A stretch of DNA of 37,052 nucleotides from a virus (lineage: Duplodnaviria > Caudoviricetes): positions 1 through 37,052 of the IMG/VR virus record IMGVR_UViG_3300005323_000075; one strand, 5' to 3'. This document shows positions 1-7,737 of this stretch, piece by piece. The translations under genes were made by a program, and so were the position numbers. The notes under the pieces were generated by a model, which saw nothing but the letters and a program-made list of their open reading frames with translations, was not told where the DNA came from and did no database searches. The number at the start of each line of letters is the position of its first letter. The stretch's first letter is position 1.

Positions 1-174
1 AAACTCATACCTGCGCTTCTTGATATTTTCTCAAAGCTGAACCGGGCAGATCTGCATGGCTGCGGTATTTCATTTCTGCGGATAATGAAGAATGCCGCAC
101 GCTGGGAAAATGATATCGACGGGCCTGCCGATTACAGGATTTTCAGAAAGATGATGAAAAAGAAAAGCCGGTAA
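1..174 (+). CDS. 3' end of a host gene (partial), possibly DUF2064/TIGR04282-like glycosyltransferase
   Basis: Frame 1 is open to TAA at 172-174 (...RWENDIDGPADYRIFRKMMKKKSR*). The W-x-x-DID-x-x-x-D motif resembles the C-terminus of that family. Confidence 0.45.
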   Translation, partial: KLIPALLDIFSKLNRADLHGCGISFLRIMKNAARWENDIDGPADYRIFRKMMKKKSR

Positions 175-240
175 GCGGAAAACGCTATTAACAACATCTG
201 TTGATTATATTTATTAAAATATTTAATAAAATCATTTTTC

Positions 241-300
241 TTGACATCTGCATTTTATAGCGTAACAATACTCTAAATTTTAAAAAGGAGATTTCTGATG
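241..300 (+). promoter_or_regulatory. Host sigma70-type promoter, RBS and start codon of the interrupted gene
   Basis: TTGACA at 241-246, AACAAT at 264-269 (17-bp spacer), AGGAG at 286-290, ATG at 298. Confidence 0.55.
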
Positions 301-327
301 AAAAGAACAGCACTTTTAACAATGTGC
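298..327 (+). pseudogene. 5' fragment of the host gene interrupted by the prophage
   Basis: A strong RBS and ATG (MKRTALLTMC) run straight into the prophage terminus TGTATGCGC at 328. The gene body resumes at 36395. Confidence 0.55.
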
Positions 328-405
328 TGTATGCGCCTGCAATTTTTTCGGGAAAAAACCACAATACTGCAACTAAAAAATGGAACTTTATTTACAATAA
401 TGCGG
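328..405 (+). repeat. Left prophage end with candidate transposase-binding repeats
   Basis: TGTATGCGC (328-336), CCACAATACTGCAAC (359-373) and ACAATAATGCGG (394-405), with inverted counterparts at the right end. Confidence 0.7.
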
Positions 406-406
406 A

Positions 407-1228
407 TTAAGCGCCAACTTCATAGTTCCAAGTCAACACTTCTGTTTTCTTTTTTCCATTTCCACCCTTGTTAACCGATACATTCTGCGTAATTGATTTT
501 GTTTTCCACCCGAATTGGTCAGTATATTCAGCGAGAATATCTGAAGGATATGAGCTAAGAAGAAATTTACCCTCTATTTTCGAAAGTTGAGAAAGTAAAC
601 GCTCAAAGTCATCTTTTGAATATCCGTCATAATGACCGCAATCACTATTATAATATGGAGGATCACAATAGAAAAATGTTTCCGGACGATCACGAGATGT
701 TATAATTCGAAGGGCATCTGTACATTCGATCTGAACATTTTGTAATCTTATTGCAAATTCTTCAGAAAATGAATTCCTTTTATTGGCGATCTTACGACTT
801 GTCGTTCCTTTTTGAACATCATACCCCCATGATCCGTCAAGCATGCTGCAGAATCCCTGTGTGGCAAGAACCCATACTGCCCATGCTCGCTTCATTTCGC
901 TGAACATATGTGGATTATCATATATGACTTTTGCATCTTTATGGAGCCGACGGCTGTGAAGCGATATTCGGATTTCTTTCTCAAGACTGGAAAAATCATT
1001 TTGAACAACACGATAAAAATTTATAAGCTCTGAATTTGTATCATTCAAAATTTCAACTTGAGATGCCTCTTTGGAAAAGAAAATTGCAGCTCCGCCGCAA
1101 AATGGTTCAACGTACGCCTGATGGGATGGTATCATCGGCAGAATATGAACTATCATTTTTTGCTTTCCACCATAATATGTAATAGGGGTATTCCGATTTT
1201 CAGCGGAAACTTTTTTAGATTGATCCAT
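407..1228 (-). CDS. DNA adenine methyltransferase (Dam/D12 family)
   Basis: Motifs YYGGK, EPFCGGAA, ILND and catalytic DPPY. GGAGG RBS upstream. Confidence 0.92.
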   Translation of the reverse strand: MDQSKKVSAENRNTPITYYGGKQKMIVHILPMIPSHQAYVEPFCGGAAIFFSKEASQVEILNDTNSELINFYRVVQNDFSSLEKEIRISLHSRRLHKDAKVIYDNPHMFSEMKRAWAVWVLATQGFCSMLDGSWGYDVQKGTTSRKIANKRNSFSEEFAIRLQNVQIECTDALRIITSRDRPETFFYCDPPYYNSDCGHYDGYSKDDFERLLSQLSKIEGKFLLSSYPSDILAEYTDQFGWKTKSITQNVSVNKGGNGKKKTEVLTWNYEVGA

Positions 1229-1406
1229 GTAATACCTCCGATAAGTTTATAAACAACATTCACAACAAAAAGTATATAATTAACTTACACAGGCACCACG
1301 GCCATCGACTTCATACTCAGAACGGTCATTAGCAAGGGATCGTATAATTTGTTCAAATTTTATCTCCAAGTGTCATTTGTATCCCAAATTGCGAATTATT
1401 ATTTCT

Positions 1407-3083
1407 TCATGCAAACGGGATCCTTATTCCGCTAAAATTGGCAGTTGAATCGTTTAATATTAGCTCCATGTTTGGTTCCAGATATAGACAAATAGTATCG
1501 CCGACATTGCAAAAGCAAATTGCCGAAACAGATACTCCACATTGGAGTGTTGATCCTTGCGCTGCTATTCTTGATCCGTTTTTTAATATGACAATGTTTC
1601 CAGATCCGGTAGATATATTTACATTCGCATTGAAGATATAATAACCCGCAGTCGGGACAGTATAAATACCAGTCGAAGTGTTATACCCAGCCCCTATATC
1701 CAATTCTTCACCGTTAAAAATACACCTTCTATATGATCCGTCAACCGACATCAAATTCTTTGCGAGAAATCCTTTTATAGCTAAAAGTGTATCAACGTAA
1801 TTCTTAGTTGAAGCATCCTGTGCCGTTGCTGGGTTAGCAAACTGTGCACGTCCGGAAGCATCTCGGACAACCATTTTTGATGCTGTTGGTGCACTCACAG
1901 CCCCATGCGCAGTTTGTAAATTAGCATGGGTATCGGCGTAATTCTTAGTTGCAACATCCTGAGCTGCTGCTGGGTTAGCAAACTGTGCTCGCCCAGAGGT
2001 ATCACGTACGACCATCTTTGATGCTGTTGGTGCACTCACCGCGCCATGTGCTGCCTGCAAATTCGCATGCGTATCGGCGTAATTCTTAGTTGCTGCATCC
2101 TGCGCGGATGCGGGATCAGCAAACTGTGCTCGTCCGGAAGTATCTCGGACAACCATTTTTGATGCTGTTGGCGTACTTACCGCTCCATGCGCCGTCTGCA
2201 AATTCGCATGCGTATCGGCGTAATTCTTAGTTGCCGCATCCTGTGCTGTTGAGGGATCAGCAAATTGTGCTCGCCCAGAGCCATCACGTACAACCATCTT
2301 TGATGCTGTTGGTGCACTCACTGCATCATGTGCTGTCTGTAGATTCGCGTGTGAATCAACGTAACCCATCGTTGCTGCATCCTGCGCGGCTGCGGGATCA
2401 GCAAACTGTGCTCGTCCGGAAGTATCTCGGACAACCATTTTTGATGCTGTTGGCGCACTTACCGCTCCATGCGCCGTCTGCAAAGCCGCATGAGTATCAA
2501 CGTAATTCTTGGTTGCAGCATCCTGTGCTGCGGCGGGGGTGGCAAACTGAGCGCGCCCTGATGCGTCACGTGCAACCATTTTTAATGCGGTTGGCGCACT
2601 GACTGCTCCGTGTGCTACATCAGTATTTTTATGTGTATCAAACTCTTGCTGTCGAATTACTTTTTGCAGGTCAGTCTCAGTCCCGGCAACCCATGCATCA
2701 ATATCCTCCCTGAATAGTACTTGAGCTTTTTCTCCAGTGCCCCTATCAACTTCGATTCCGGCTGTTCCCTTCGTTACACCATTACCTGTTTCGCCTTTAT
2801 TCAAAGTAACAATATTATCGGTAATTTCGGAATCTATTGTCTCGACCTTTGCAGCAGGGCCTTCGATTATTACACCACCTTTCAGCCTCGTTACGCCGTT
2901 AACAGTGAAGTCACCAGTAATGACATCGCCTGCACGATCGACCTTATTGTCGTCCAGATATGCATCATTGTGATAGAGAAGGTTGAACTCCGCATCAAAA
3001 TATTCTCCCTTGGCCAGTGTTCCTGTCTCAGGGGTGTTACCGCTTTTATATTCTCTTATTTTTGTTCCGATAGCTTCGGCCAT
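1407..3083 (-). CDS. Tail fibre with 47-aa tandem repeats and C-terminal C1q-like domain
   Basis: Lies after the baseplate genes and carries about 6 repeats. C-terminus YNTSTGIYTVPTAGYYIF...FSG fits the C1q pattern. Confidence 0.8.
   Translation of the reverse strand: MAEAIGTKIREYKSGNTPETGTLAKGEYFDAEFNLLYHNDAYLDDNKVDRAGDVITGDFTVNGVTRLKGGVIIEGPAAKVETIDSEITDNIVTLNKGETGNGVTKGTAGIEVDRGTGEKAQVLFREDIDAWVAGTETDLQKVIRQQEFDTHKNTDVAHGAVSAPTALKMVARDASGRAQFATPAAAQDAATKNYVDTHAALQTAHGAVSAPTASKMVVRDTSGRAQFADPAAAQDAATMGYVDSHANLQTAHDAVSAPTASKMVVRDGSGRAQFADPSTAQDAATKNYADTHANLQTAHGAVSTPTASKMVVRDTSGRAQFADPASAQDAATKNYADTHANLQAAHGAVSAPTASKMVVRDTSGRAQFANPAAAQDVATKNYADTHANLQTAHGAVSAPTASKMVVRDASGRAQFANPATAQDASTKNYVDTLLAIKGFLAKNLMSVDGSYRRCIFNGEELDIGAGYNTSTGIYTVPTAGYYIFNANVNISTGSGNIVILKNGSRIAAQGSTLQCGVSVSAICFCNVGDTICLYLEPNMELILNDSTANFSGIRIPFA
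1788..2615 (-). repeat. About 5.9 tandem copies of a 141-bp (47-aa) unit in the tail fibre
   Basis: The unit AHGAVSAPTASKMVVRDxSGRAQFAxPxxAQDAATKNYxDTHANLQT recurs every 141 bp. Confidence 0.95.
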
Positions 3084-3084
3084 T

Positions 3085-3651
3085 CTATGCCTCCAGTTCT
3101 GTAACTTTGCATGAAATTCCTGCGCCCCGCAGGTGAGAAATAATCTTACCCGCCATTGTTTTTAGCGAAGTCGGTGTAGTTGTTGAAATAGCGATATCGA
3201 AAAATGCCGGCTTCCTTGTTGTCCCATCACCCGCATAATACGAGCCATCGAGATACCAAGACCCATCCAGATACAGCTCCATTCCCGGAACGGCAATCGC
3301 GTGGGGATACAGATCGCGAAGACCTATAAAATAATTGCCCAATAGAGATTTGAAAACATTTGAAATATCCGGTTCAGCTCCGCTGCAGAGCATTTTCTGA
3401 ATTGCAACAGCCAGATATACTCTATATTCATCATCCTGTTTCCCGTCTCTCGGTTCCCAAAGCATTTTTCCGAGCAGGTCGAGAATTACTCCCGATCGTG
3501 TCTGGAAGTCGCGAACCGTCTTAAGATCAGCGAAAACGGAAGAAAGCTCTTCCATCTGCGACGCGAAGATGCTCCATAATTTTGCATTATCTCCGTTTTC
3601 AGAGAGATCAAATCCCGACGGAGGAAGTAGCTGAAGCAGCTCCTGCATCAT
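3085..3651 (-). CDS. Baseplate wedge protein (DUF2612/gpI-like)
   Basis: Follows baseplate J. Has the GVILDLLG...R...DDEYR motif and a YLDGSW repeat. Confidence 0.7.
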   Translation of the reverse strand: MMQELLQLLPPSGFDLSENGDNAKLWSIFASQMEELSSVFADLKTVRDFQTRSGVILDLLGKMLWEPRDGKQDDEYRVYLAVAIQKMLCSGAEPDISNVFKSLLGNYFIGLRDLYPHAIAVPGMELYLDGSWYLDGSYYAGDGTTRKPAFFDIAISTTTPTSLKTMAGKIISHLRGAGISCKVTELEA

Positions 3652-4826
3652 TGGATCCTCACGATAACGTTCTCATAGTTGGCCTTCGCAATTTCTCTTG
3701 GCGCAAATGTCAGATTATCCTTCCCTGTAGGGCTTGGTGTTTTTCCCAAAGTGACGTCTATTGAGACGATGCCTCCCACTTCGGCTTGAATTGCAGTCAG
3801 TTGCCATGCATAGATGGTTTGTCCGATACCGACTCCACCGTATTCGGTCAGCTGGTCATCAACACCACCTATATATTTGATAGCCTTCCTAATGATGGCC
3901 GGAATGTTTACGGATCCCCACTTTTCGTTAACGGTCAGCGTGTAAATCACATACACATCAATTTGTTCAGGGCGTGAAAAGCGAATTCGTTTTGTTAATC
4001 CTTGTGAATCAGTTATATATCGGGTCGTATTACCGTATGAATCGATCCCCATCGGCTTTTTGGTATTTATAGTCGATGCGATAATTGCGTCATCCCCCCC
4101 AGTAACAACCGCTTCAAATGAATTCGGAGGTAAGCCGTTTGAATTCGTTTCCGTCATGGTATTCTCAAACACCATAGAGGAGAGCACTCCGGTCAGTTTA
4201 GAAAGTGCGACGCGAAGAGCATCACACGATGAACCGGTTGATGAGGGAAGATTCTGATATCGTTCTTTTAGCTCGGCATCCGTTTCACGGCCATAGCCAT
4301 TATACGATGCTTCAGGATTTGTTACGGAATCTACGCCAGAAATTGGCGTTTTAATCGTAGTGATAGACCCGGCCGCGACCATACCACTTGCTCCGGCTGT
4401 TTGACATCGAGCGACAACGGTTGCTTGTCCAGCCGCGATCACGACATCAGAGAGGGTCTTATACACGATGTTCCCTGATGTTTCGCACAGTGTTCCTGCC
4501 GCGATCATGGTATCATTAGTTCCTTTGAACAGGAGCTCCGCTTCAGCATAAGATTCGGCACGGCGAGAGAGCAGTCCGAACTTCACATTGCGATCGAGAT
4601 TCACCCCGGTGGATGTGGAAAGGAAATTCGAGTAATACGAGTCTTCCGCGAGTTGCCATTGGCGGTCAATCGCCCAGCACATAAGAATGACCCACATCCC
4701 GTCAGGGCTCGTTTCCGATAAGTCGATATCGCTGCCGAACAGAGCGCGTGCCTTGGCCTGTGCTTCGGAGAGAATGACGGTATATGGCTTTCTGACGAAA
4801 CCTTGTTCTGTTATTCCATAGGTCAT
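3648..4826 (-). CDS. Baseplate J/gp47 family protein
   Basis: Motifs G.NLD, A...G..G.V.AG.I, GVDSVTNP and G...ETDAEL..R. Confidence 0.9.
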   Translation of the reverse strand: MTYGITEQGFVRKPYTVILSEAQAKARALFGSDIDLSETSPDGMWVILMCWAIDRQWQLAEDSYYSNFLSTSTGVNLDRNVKFGLLSRRAESYAEAELLFKGTNDTMIAAGTLCETSGNIVYKTLSDVVIAAGQATVVARCQTAGASGMVAAGSITTIKTPISGVDSVTNPEASYNGYGRETDAELKERYQNLPSSTGSSCDALRVALSKLTGVLSSMVFENTMTETNSNGLPPNSFEAVVTGGDDAIIASTINTKKPMGIDSYGNTTRYITDSQGLTKRIRFSRPEQIDVYVIYTLTVNEKWGSVNIPAIIRKAIKYIGGVDDQLTEYGGVGIGQTIYAWQLTAIQAEVGGIVSIDVTLGKTPSPTGKDNLTFAPREIAKANYENVIVRIQ

Positions 4827-5167
4827 ACCGCTCCTCCAACTGTTCCGTAAAGGGTCTGAACTGAAAACTCGATCGTTATCTTCCGCACCTTGCTGTCATA
4901 CGATATCGATACCGATTCGACGCTGCTCACTTCGCTGTCTGCATTCAGAATATCTGTAACCTCGACGCGGATCTTTCGGTCCGAAGCGGGTTTGTCTTGA
5001 AGCAGCGTATGCCAGTCGATGGCCTTGCCCGTATAGAGAAACCACTCGTTCTTCCAGAGTTTGAGCGCTGAGATAAGGCGCTGACGCACGCATTCTTTCT
5101 CTTCAATGTAAACGAACCTGCCGTTTCTTCTTACAGGATTCCCATTTTGATACATCATTGACTTCAT
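4823..5167 (-). CDS. Baseplate wedge protein, gp25/DUF2634-like
   Basis: VRQRL...L...EWF...V.TLYG pattern, located upstream of baseplate J. Confidence 0.75.
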   Translation of the reverse strand: MKSMMYQNGNPVRRNGRFVYIEEKECVRQRLISALKLWKNEWFLYTGKAIDWHTLLQDKPASDRKIRVEVTDILNADSEVSSVESVSISYDSKVRKITIEFSVQTLYGTVGGAV

Positions 5168-5367
5168 ACGATGCTCCCTGTTCCGGTGCCCGTTTGAGCT
5201 GTAGCAGATCCGGTTGTTGATACATTCACTGACACTGTTCCAGTCTTAATGAATGAATCTATGGCTGTCGCTAGCGCATCAGCTACTGATTCAGATGTCT
5301 TGTCTGTGCTCAAGTCAGACAGTACAGAGTGAATTGCATTCTTTAATCCTGTTTTATCAAGTGCCAT
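5164..5367 (-). CDS. Small baseplate-region hypothetical protein
   Basis: Translationally coupled between the spike and wedge genes. Confidence 0.65.
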   Translation of the reverse strand: MALDKTGLKNAIHSVLSDLSTDKTSESVADALATAIDSFIKTGTVSVNVSTTGSATAQTGTGTGSIV

Positions 5368-5370
5368 ATT

Positions 5371-6045
5371 CTAACTCCCGGGATTCGGTGATGAAGATGG
5401 GCCGACTCCCGTGCCATGAATATGAGTACTCGCTTTAGTTGGCGTTGACTTAGCCAGCCACGTAACATCTTTATCAGTCTTCATATCACCGCTTGTTTCA
5501 AAATCACCAGTCTGGGTTATCTTACCTTTAATCGTAACATCAGCTTCTATCTCGAGCGCTGCGGATTTGATTTTCACTTTCCCGTCCGCCATCGCCCATC
5601 TAGTGTCACCGGCTTCATTGCAGATTAGTAATCCGTCCTCTTCGAAATCAGATGGTGCAGAAAAATCTTTCTTCGCCAGGCCATGCGTCACACAGGCGTT
5701 TTCCATCGAAAATAACCGCCCGTCAGTGCGATCCTCTGTACCAGCCAGCCCTTTCTCTATGCTATGCGTTGCGAAGTTCACCCACACGACATCTCCTTTC
5801 TTATATTTCGGGCGAATGATAAATCCTCCTGCATGAATGAAGCCTACAGTCACATCCGGAACAACCGCGAATGGAGCCGTTGTCGTCTTCTCTGTATCGG
5901 TTATCAGCAGAAGCGGAGTGATATCCGCACGCATGGTCTTGGTATTATGCGTTTCGATTCGAGCGACACAGCCGACAAGGATCCCTTTCGCATTCTTATC
6001 CCAGAAAGCCTTCAGCGTGTTCGCGAATTCAGTCGTCGGATTCAT
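5371..6045 (-). CDS. Baseplate spike (Gp138/gpV-like)
   Basis: GGF...P..KGD.V.V.F N-terminal motif, beta-repeat region and C-terminal HxH (THIH) metal site. Confidence 0.8.
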   Translation of the reverse strand: MNPTTEFANTLKAFWDKNAKGILVGCVARIETHNTKTMRADITPLLLITDTEKTTTAPFAVVPDVTVGFIHAGGFIIRPKYKKGDVVWVNFATHSIEKGLAGTEDRTDGRLFSMENACVTHGLAKKDFSAPSDFEEDGLLICNEAGDTRWAMADGKVKIKSAALEIEADVTIKGKITQTGDFETSGDMKTDKDVTWLAKSTPTKASTHIHGTGVGPSSSPNPGS

Positions 6046-6827
6046 ATCCGCACCGCCTCGAATTCGGTCTCGGTGGTTCCCTTCGGAGAGAAGGTATGCT
6101 TACCCTTCGAAACGCGGAGCGTCACCGACGAATCTTTACGTTTCAGCACAACGAGTGACCCGGCACCGAGACGGTACAAAAACAACGTCTTTATCTTATA
6201 GCCGGAACCGGTCTGAGTCGCAGATAAAAGTCCTGTCGAGTTCGACAGTTCCCATGCTGTAGAAACTCCTTTCGTGGCTGCGAGAAGACAGCACTGGCCG
6301 TTCCTGAAAAAAAGCTGCGACTTTGTATCCTTTGCAATCTGGGAAAGTGCGTCTCTCAGTGTCCATCCCGGGCAAGAGAATCCTCTCTCGTAATTGACAT
6401 CTTCTCCCAGTTCAATCTTCGCGCTGGTTATTCCCACTTTGTTCAGCAACTCTTTTATAATCTGAGATGCTTTCACCGGGCCTTTGATTGAAAAGTTCAG
6501 AACCGATATTGCGTAGCGCTCGCTGTCGTCCTTCAACGTAAGAGTCAGCGTCGAATCTTTTCCCGGAGCATATTCGCTCTTATCAACGACCCCGGTGAAG
6601 ACGGAGCCATAGTCCCCGGCATATCCCGCAGATATGGTGCAGGTCGCACCTTTCTTCGCAGCAGATACTGTTGCAGATGCAGGATTCATTATTCGCGCTT
6701 TTATGCTCGCAAATCCTGCCGTGGAAAATTCATATTCGAATTCAAGCGTCATCGGCGGTGCTGTCAGCAGCCGGCCGGCGATATTCATCTCGCACACGCG
6801 CATATAGAGTGCGTTTACATCAGCCAT
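6042..6827 (-). CDS. Baseplate hub protein
   Basis: ISAGY.G....VF.G and L...TGLL motifs, plus synteny. Confidence 0.7.
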   Translation of the reverse strand: MADVNALYMRVCEMNIAGRLLTAPPMTLEFEYEFSTAGFASIKARIMNPASATVSAAKKGATCTISAGYAGDYGSVFTGVVDKSEYAPGKDSTLTLTLKDDSERYAISVLNFSIKGPVKASQIIKELLNKVGITSAKIELGEDVNYERGFSCPGWTLRDALSQIAKDTKSQLFFRNGQCCLLAATKGVSTAWELSNSTGLLSATQTGSGYKIKTLFLYRLGAGSLVVLKRKDSSVTLRVSKGKHTFSPKGTTETEFEAVRI

Positions 6828-7147
6828 AAGCGCACCTCGTCAAACGTGTCTTTTGTAACCTGTATATCCGATCCGCTTTCGGCATCGATGTCGTTTGGAA
6901 GAACAGGTATTATATTGCGAGTCATTGATAGACCGCTCACAATAGCATCGATTGTCTCTGACAGATACGATAAACGGGTGGTGAACAGTAGCGACCCAGT
7001 CGTTTCGTCTGTGACCATCAGCGTATAAAAGTCATACGCATCATTATAGTTGAACTCCAGCGCATAGCTTTTCCCATCGAGAAAAAATATTTTCTCAACG
7101 GGAATTTCGTTATGAGATACAGGTAAATATTCGATGCCGCTGATCAT
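6815..7147 (-). CDS. Baseplate plug-like protein
   Basis: LDG..Y..EF.YN...DF motif. Start placed at the ATGA overlap (7147) rather than 7159. Confidence 0.6.
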   Translation of the reverse strand: MISGIEYLPVSHNEIPVEKIFFLDGKSYALEFNYNDAYDFYTLMVTDETTGSLLFTTRLSYLSETIDAIVSGLSMTRNIIPVLPNDIDAESGSDIQVTKDTFDEVRLWLM

Positions 7148-7737
7148 TTGTGCGCCCATTGATAGATTATCGATTTTGTTTTCGACTGCGATGATCCGGA
7201 TTTTGCCGTTTCTGCGGGACCTTTCTTTACTGTTGACCGAGCTGCTTTAGGCAAATCCACGACGACTTCTTTTGCGCACGCGATACGAATTTGTTCCAGC
7301 GTCAATGCCACATTGAAACCGCCGCCCGTGTTGACATCACGCTTAAATGATGCACCGGACAGCACCAGATTCCGCATCTCGATATCGATGCCCTGTTTAA
7401 GCACGCCGATACCCTTAAAAACCGGACCGCTGTAGGTAAGCAGCGTTCCGCAGCCGAGCCACTTTTTAAGCAGGGTTATTTTTTCTTCCGGACTTTTATC
7501 CGCGCCGAATAGAGATACCCCGATCAGATTCATATCTCTGGTAATGATTGTACTTATTGACAGCTTCCCATTTGCCGGATCGACATGATCTGCAATATCC
7601 GAACCATCCTCTACTGCATGGTTTGATACGCTTGCGCTCTCACTGATGTCTTCCGACATCACCGGCTTGAGAATGACTTCATCATCGTCAGACATTAGGG
7701 ACGCGGGAACGCCCATGAGAATTGACAATGCGCCCAT
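7144..7737 (-). CDS. Dit-like/tail tube initiator baseplate protein
   Basis: H.VEDGS.I.DH motif, immediately after the tape measure gene. Confidence 0.7.
   Translation of the reverse strand: MGALSILMGVPASLMSDDDEVILKPVMSEDISESASVSNHAVEDGSDIADHVDPANGKLSISTIITRDMNLIGVSLFGADKSPEEKITLLKKWLGCGTLLTYSGPVFKGIGVLKQGIDIEMRNLVLSGASFKRDVNTGGGFNVALTLEQIRIACAKEVVVDLPKAARSTVKKGPAETAKSGSSQSKTKSIIYQWAHK

Noticed and set aside
1788-2615. Tail-fibre repeats as a CRISPR array or DGR template/variable repeats
   Set aside because: The repeats are contiguous, in frame and vary mostly at synonymous positions. There are no spacers, cas genes or reverse transcriptase.
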